From positions 11,688 to 75,687 of the IMG/VR virus record IMGVR_UViG_2974621193_000001: DNA of 64,000 nucleotides, one strand, 5' to 3'. The translations under genes and the position numbers were made by a program. The stretch is from a virus. Lineage: Duplodnaviria; Caudoviricetes. A model generated the notes under the pieces. It had not been told where the DNA came from and searched no databases. It was given only the letters and a program-made list of their open reading frames with translations. How positions within the stretch are numbered: position 1 is the stretch's first letter; the number at the start of each line of letters is the position of its first letter. Shown here one piece after another: positions 61,828 through 64,000 of the stretch.

Positions 61828-62232
61828 CTAGCGGGCGCGACGACGCGCCAGTTTCGCGGCTGCCCGTGCGCGCTTTTGTTCGGCCAATTCACGGGCACTA
61901 CGTTGTGCCGACTTCGGTGCGTTCGGTCGGACGGGTACGGTGGTCAGTTTCGGTGCGCGGAATTGCGTATCGTTCAATTCTTTCAATTCTTTTTCCGCGT
62001 AGTAGTCGCGCCAGTTGGTATCGGGGTCGGTGCATTCAATCGGCCCGCCAACGTGCCAGTTGTCGACGTTGGCGGCATTGTCGCGATTGACGTCCATCTG
62101 ATTCAGTTGCGCGCCAGTGTTTCCTAGGTTGGCGGATAGCGCGGTCCCACGGGTGGCCGTTAGTGACTTGCGTTCGGTCACGCGAACGTCGTGCATGATT
62201 CCGTATCCGCGTGATGTGATGTTATGTTTCAT
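61828..62232 (-). CDS. hypothetical protein, first gene of the leftward arm; basic C-terminus
   Basis: SD ggggaaag + ATG 62232. Confidence 0.65.
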   Translation of the reverse strand: MKHNITSRGYGIMHDVRVTERKSLTATRGTALSANLGNTGAQLNQMDVNRDNAANVDNWHVGGPIECTDPDTNWRDYYAEKELKELNDTQFRAPKLTTVPVRPNAPKSAQRSARELAEQKRARAAAKLARRRAR

Positions 62233-62253
62233 GTCTTTCCCCTAATGGTTTGG

Positions 62254-62337
62254 GAATGTTTCACGCTAACTATTCCGCGATTCTTTTCGGAATCGTTAGC
62301 GCGAAACATTCAATTAATGGATCTAATTGAATGTTTC
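62254..62337. promoter_or_regulatory. two overlapping, mutually exclusive inverted repeats
   Basis: 62254-62270 pairs with 62295-62311 (16/17); 62303-62316 pairs with 62324-62337 (14/14); they share 62303-62311. Confidence 0.7.
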
Positions 62338-62375
62338 CACTTTTAAATTAGTCATAAACAATAGTCGCATTATGT

Positions 62376-62793
62376 GGTACTAGTTCTAATTCCACATCTA
62401 TTGCCTACCATTCCGTAACGTAACCCGTTCGCGATTATTCGGACATGTCTACGAATAGTTGCCGCTATCTATGAAACGCTACGGTTAATTTTTCGCACCC
62501 TATCCGCGTGACCGCTATCGACATCTAGCATCGGTGGTCATCCAATTTTTCGGAATCGGCTATGCGATTGTCCTATACCGCGTAGGCGTATGGATCGCGC
62601 CCCGTGGTACTAGGTTGTTAGTGGCCGCTAGCGGTGACCGCGCCCGGGACCGGGACAACGTGCGCGCCCCGACCGGGGCGACCACCGAACTAACTAACAA
62701 CTAACACCTAGAACACTACGGGTAGTGGTACTAGTTGTCTATAATAAAATCGTTATGATCGGAAGTCGGAAAAAGCTTGACACGTGGTACTAG
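62376..62793. repeat. cluster of four GTGGTACTAG operator-like motifs
   Basis: GGTACTAG core at 62376, 62606, 62727, 62786; also at 47379 and 60399. Confidence 0.75.
62713..62741 (-). promoter_or_regulatory. putative leftward early promoter with operator in spacer
   Basis: Minus strand TAGACA, 17 bp (ACTAGTACCA...), TAGTGT. Confidence 0.5.
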
Positions 62794-62898
62794 GATAGTG
62801 TATCGGGCGCATAGCGCGGTATAGAAACGTAGCGGCTTTTGTAGCAAAGGTTGTATTGGTACAACGGCTGGTACAAACCAGCCGGCTGGACTCAAAAG

Positions 62899-62917
62899 GT
62901 AGGCAAGCCTAACCTAA
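62899..62917. promoter_or_regulatory. IdeR/DtxR-like iron box 1
   Basis: gtaggcaagcctaacctaa, 17/19 to TWAGGTWAGSCTWACCTWA. Confidence 0.7.
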
Positions 62918-63086
62918 GTTTCGTGATAGTGAATGTTCTTTGTGATAGTGAATTAAATGCAGTATCCGAAAGAATCTTTGTGATAGTGAATAATCTTTGT
63001 GATACTGGATTTAATTTGAGATAGTGAAGAATCTTTGCGATAGCGGATTTAATTCAATGTAGTAAAGAAAATGTAGGATAGTGAAG
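62916..63086. repeat. nine tandem, degenerate 19-bp units (iteron-like), core GTGATAGTGAA
   Basis: Units start at 62916, 62935, 62954, 62973, 62992, 63011, 63030, 63049, 63068 (e.g. aatctttgtgatagtgaat, aatctttgtgatactggat, aatctttgcgatagcggat); inverted core at 63110-63120. Confidence 0.85.
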
Positions 63087-63144
63087 ATTGTTCACTGTAG
63101 TAAAGAACATTCACTATCGCGGATATGATGCACCATAGCAAACA

Positions 63145-63163
63145 CTAGGCAAGGCTAACCTAA
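63145..63163. promoter_or_regulatory. IdeR/DtxR-like iron box 2
   Basis: ctaggcaaggctaacctaa, 17/19; extra half-site ttagggtaggct at 63165-63176. Confidence 0.7.
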
Positions 63164-63290
63164 GTTAGGGTAGGCTTGTAGCATGGGTTGTAGCACTACA
63201 ATGGTGAGTACAATACAGTCGTTGGTACAATACAATGGTTGCTACAATGCATATAGTTGCGGATAGCAACTACTAAGTCGGTGTGCATAG

Positions 63291-63309
63291 ATAGGTAAGG
63301 CTAACCTTA
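63291..63309. promoter_or_regulatory. IdeR/DtxR-like iron box 3
   Basis: ataggtaaggctaacctta, 18/19. Confidence 0.75.
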
Positions 63310-63920
63310 CTAGACGTGTGTCTAGACATCCGTCCAGGTGGTACATGGCATGGTACAAAGACGGTAATGAGCGGCATCTAACCATAGTGTGATAGGAATT
63401 GTCAAATCAGCGGTCCCAAAATGTGGGAATTGTTGGCCGATTGGCAATGTTACCGAGTCGTGTGTGTAACGGGTAAACGTCGTGGTCAACGTGGTACTAC
63501 GTGGTTACCGGACGGGTCTGTAACGCACGCTAGCGGCCGAAAATTGAGTTCCGCATAGTCCGGTGACCATATGGGGGTTCGGGGCGCCTACGGGCCATCT
63601 AGGGGGCAGAGCAAACATTCTCGATTTTGTCAAATCGACGCCGGAACCCTAGACGTAGGGTTGAGGGTTGACAACGAGCGAATTGTGTGCATCGGGTCTG
63701 ATTCAAGATACCAAATATCCAGTTTCGTGAGCCGATGGCTTTACGATCGTGAATGTTGACGATGGCAAAGAATTTCTTTGTGATGGTGAATGTTTGGATA
63801 TGCGGAGCAGTGCATCTTTATTCAGACTTCACCCGTGATCAGTTGAGGGTTGCAACGACTTTTAGTTGCGTGTTGCATCTGATAACGTTGAAGGTCGCAA
63901 CTAAATCGGCGCCGCCCAGG

Positions 63921-63939
63921 CAAGGGAAGGCTAACCTAA
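63921..63939. promoter_or_regulatory. IdeR/DtxR-like iron box 4
   Basis: caagggaaggctaacctaa, 17/19. Confidence 0.7.
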
Positions 63940-64000
63940 CTTTGCTAGCGTGAATGTGGGATGCAACTTTGCGAAGGGTGTGTGCGATCGTGAAGCTCTC

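Noticed and set aside
62916-63086. 19-bp repeat array as a CRISPR array
   Set aside because: Units are contiguous and degenerate with no unique spacers; no cas operon is present.
63571-63953. Two short + strand ORFs at the window end
   Set aside because: No SD, atypical codon usage, and they overlap regulatory repeats including an IdeR-like box.

Overview
This window is most of the genome of a GC-rich, long-tailed dsDNA siphovirus-type phage. The host is inferred to be a mycolic-acid actinobacterium (Gordonia/Rhodococcus/Mycobacterium-like), based on a WhiB gene, a lysin B-like esterase, a two-gene lysin A and IdeR/DtxR-like boxes. There are three zones. (1) 1-30072, + strand: virion and lysis genes, starting mid-gene in an SGNH-hydrolase protein, then protease/scaffold, decoration protein, major capsid, an inserted EndoVII-type HNH gene, neck and tail genes, a tRNA-Asn inside the tail module, a tail chaperone with -1 frameshift, a 3341-aa tape measure, three minor tail proteins, holin, amidase, M23 peptidase and three membrane proteins. 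(2) 30069-62232, - strand: Cas4/RecB-like nuclease, WhiB, DNA methyltransferase, lysin B-like hydrolase, MazG-like, RusA-like, DUF4406-like, sliding clamp, Orn-like exonuclease, SNF2 helicase, SSB-like protein, HNH, a MoxR AAA+/VWA pair and many small ORFs. (3) 62233-64000: an AT-rich non-coding control region. I recognised no terminase, portal, DNA polymerase, primase, integrase or repressor in the window; they may lie outside it. The most notable observations are: four near-consensus IdeR/DtxR iron boxes associated with a 19-bp tandem array; an HNH element that duplicated and recoded the capsid C-terminus and hides its own ATG in a hairpin that also contains its promoter; a WhiB domain with no in-frame start codon; an internal start in the endolysin; and a recurring intergenic GGTACTAG operator-like motif. 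All functional calls come from motif recognition by eye; no database searches were run. Several frame anomalies could be sequence errors.
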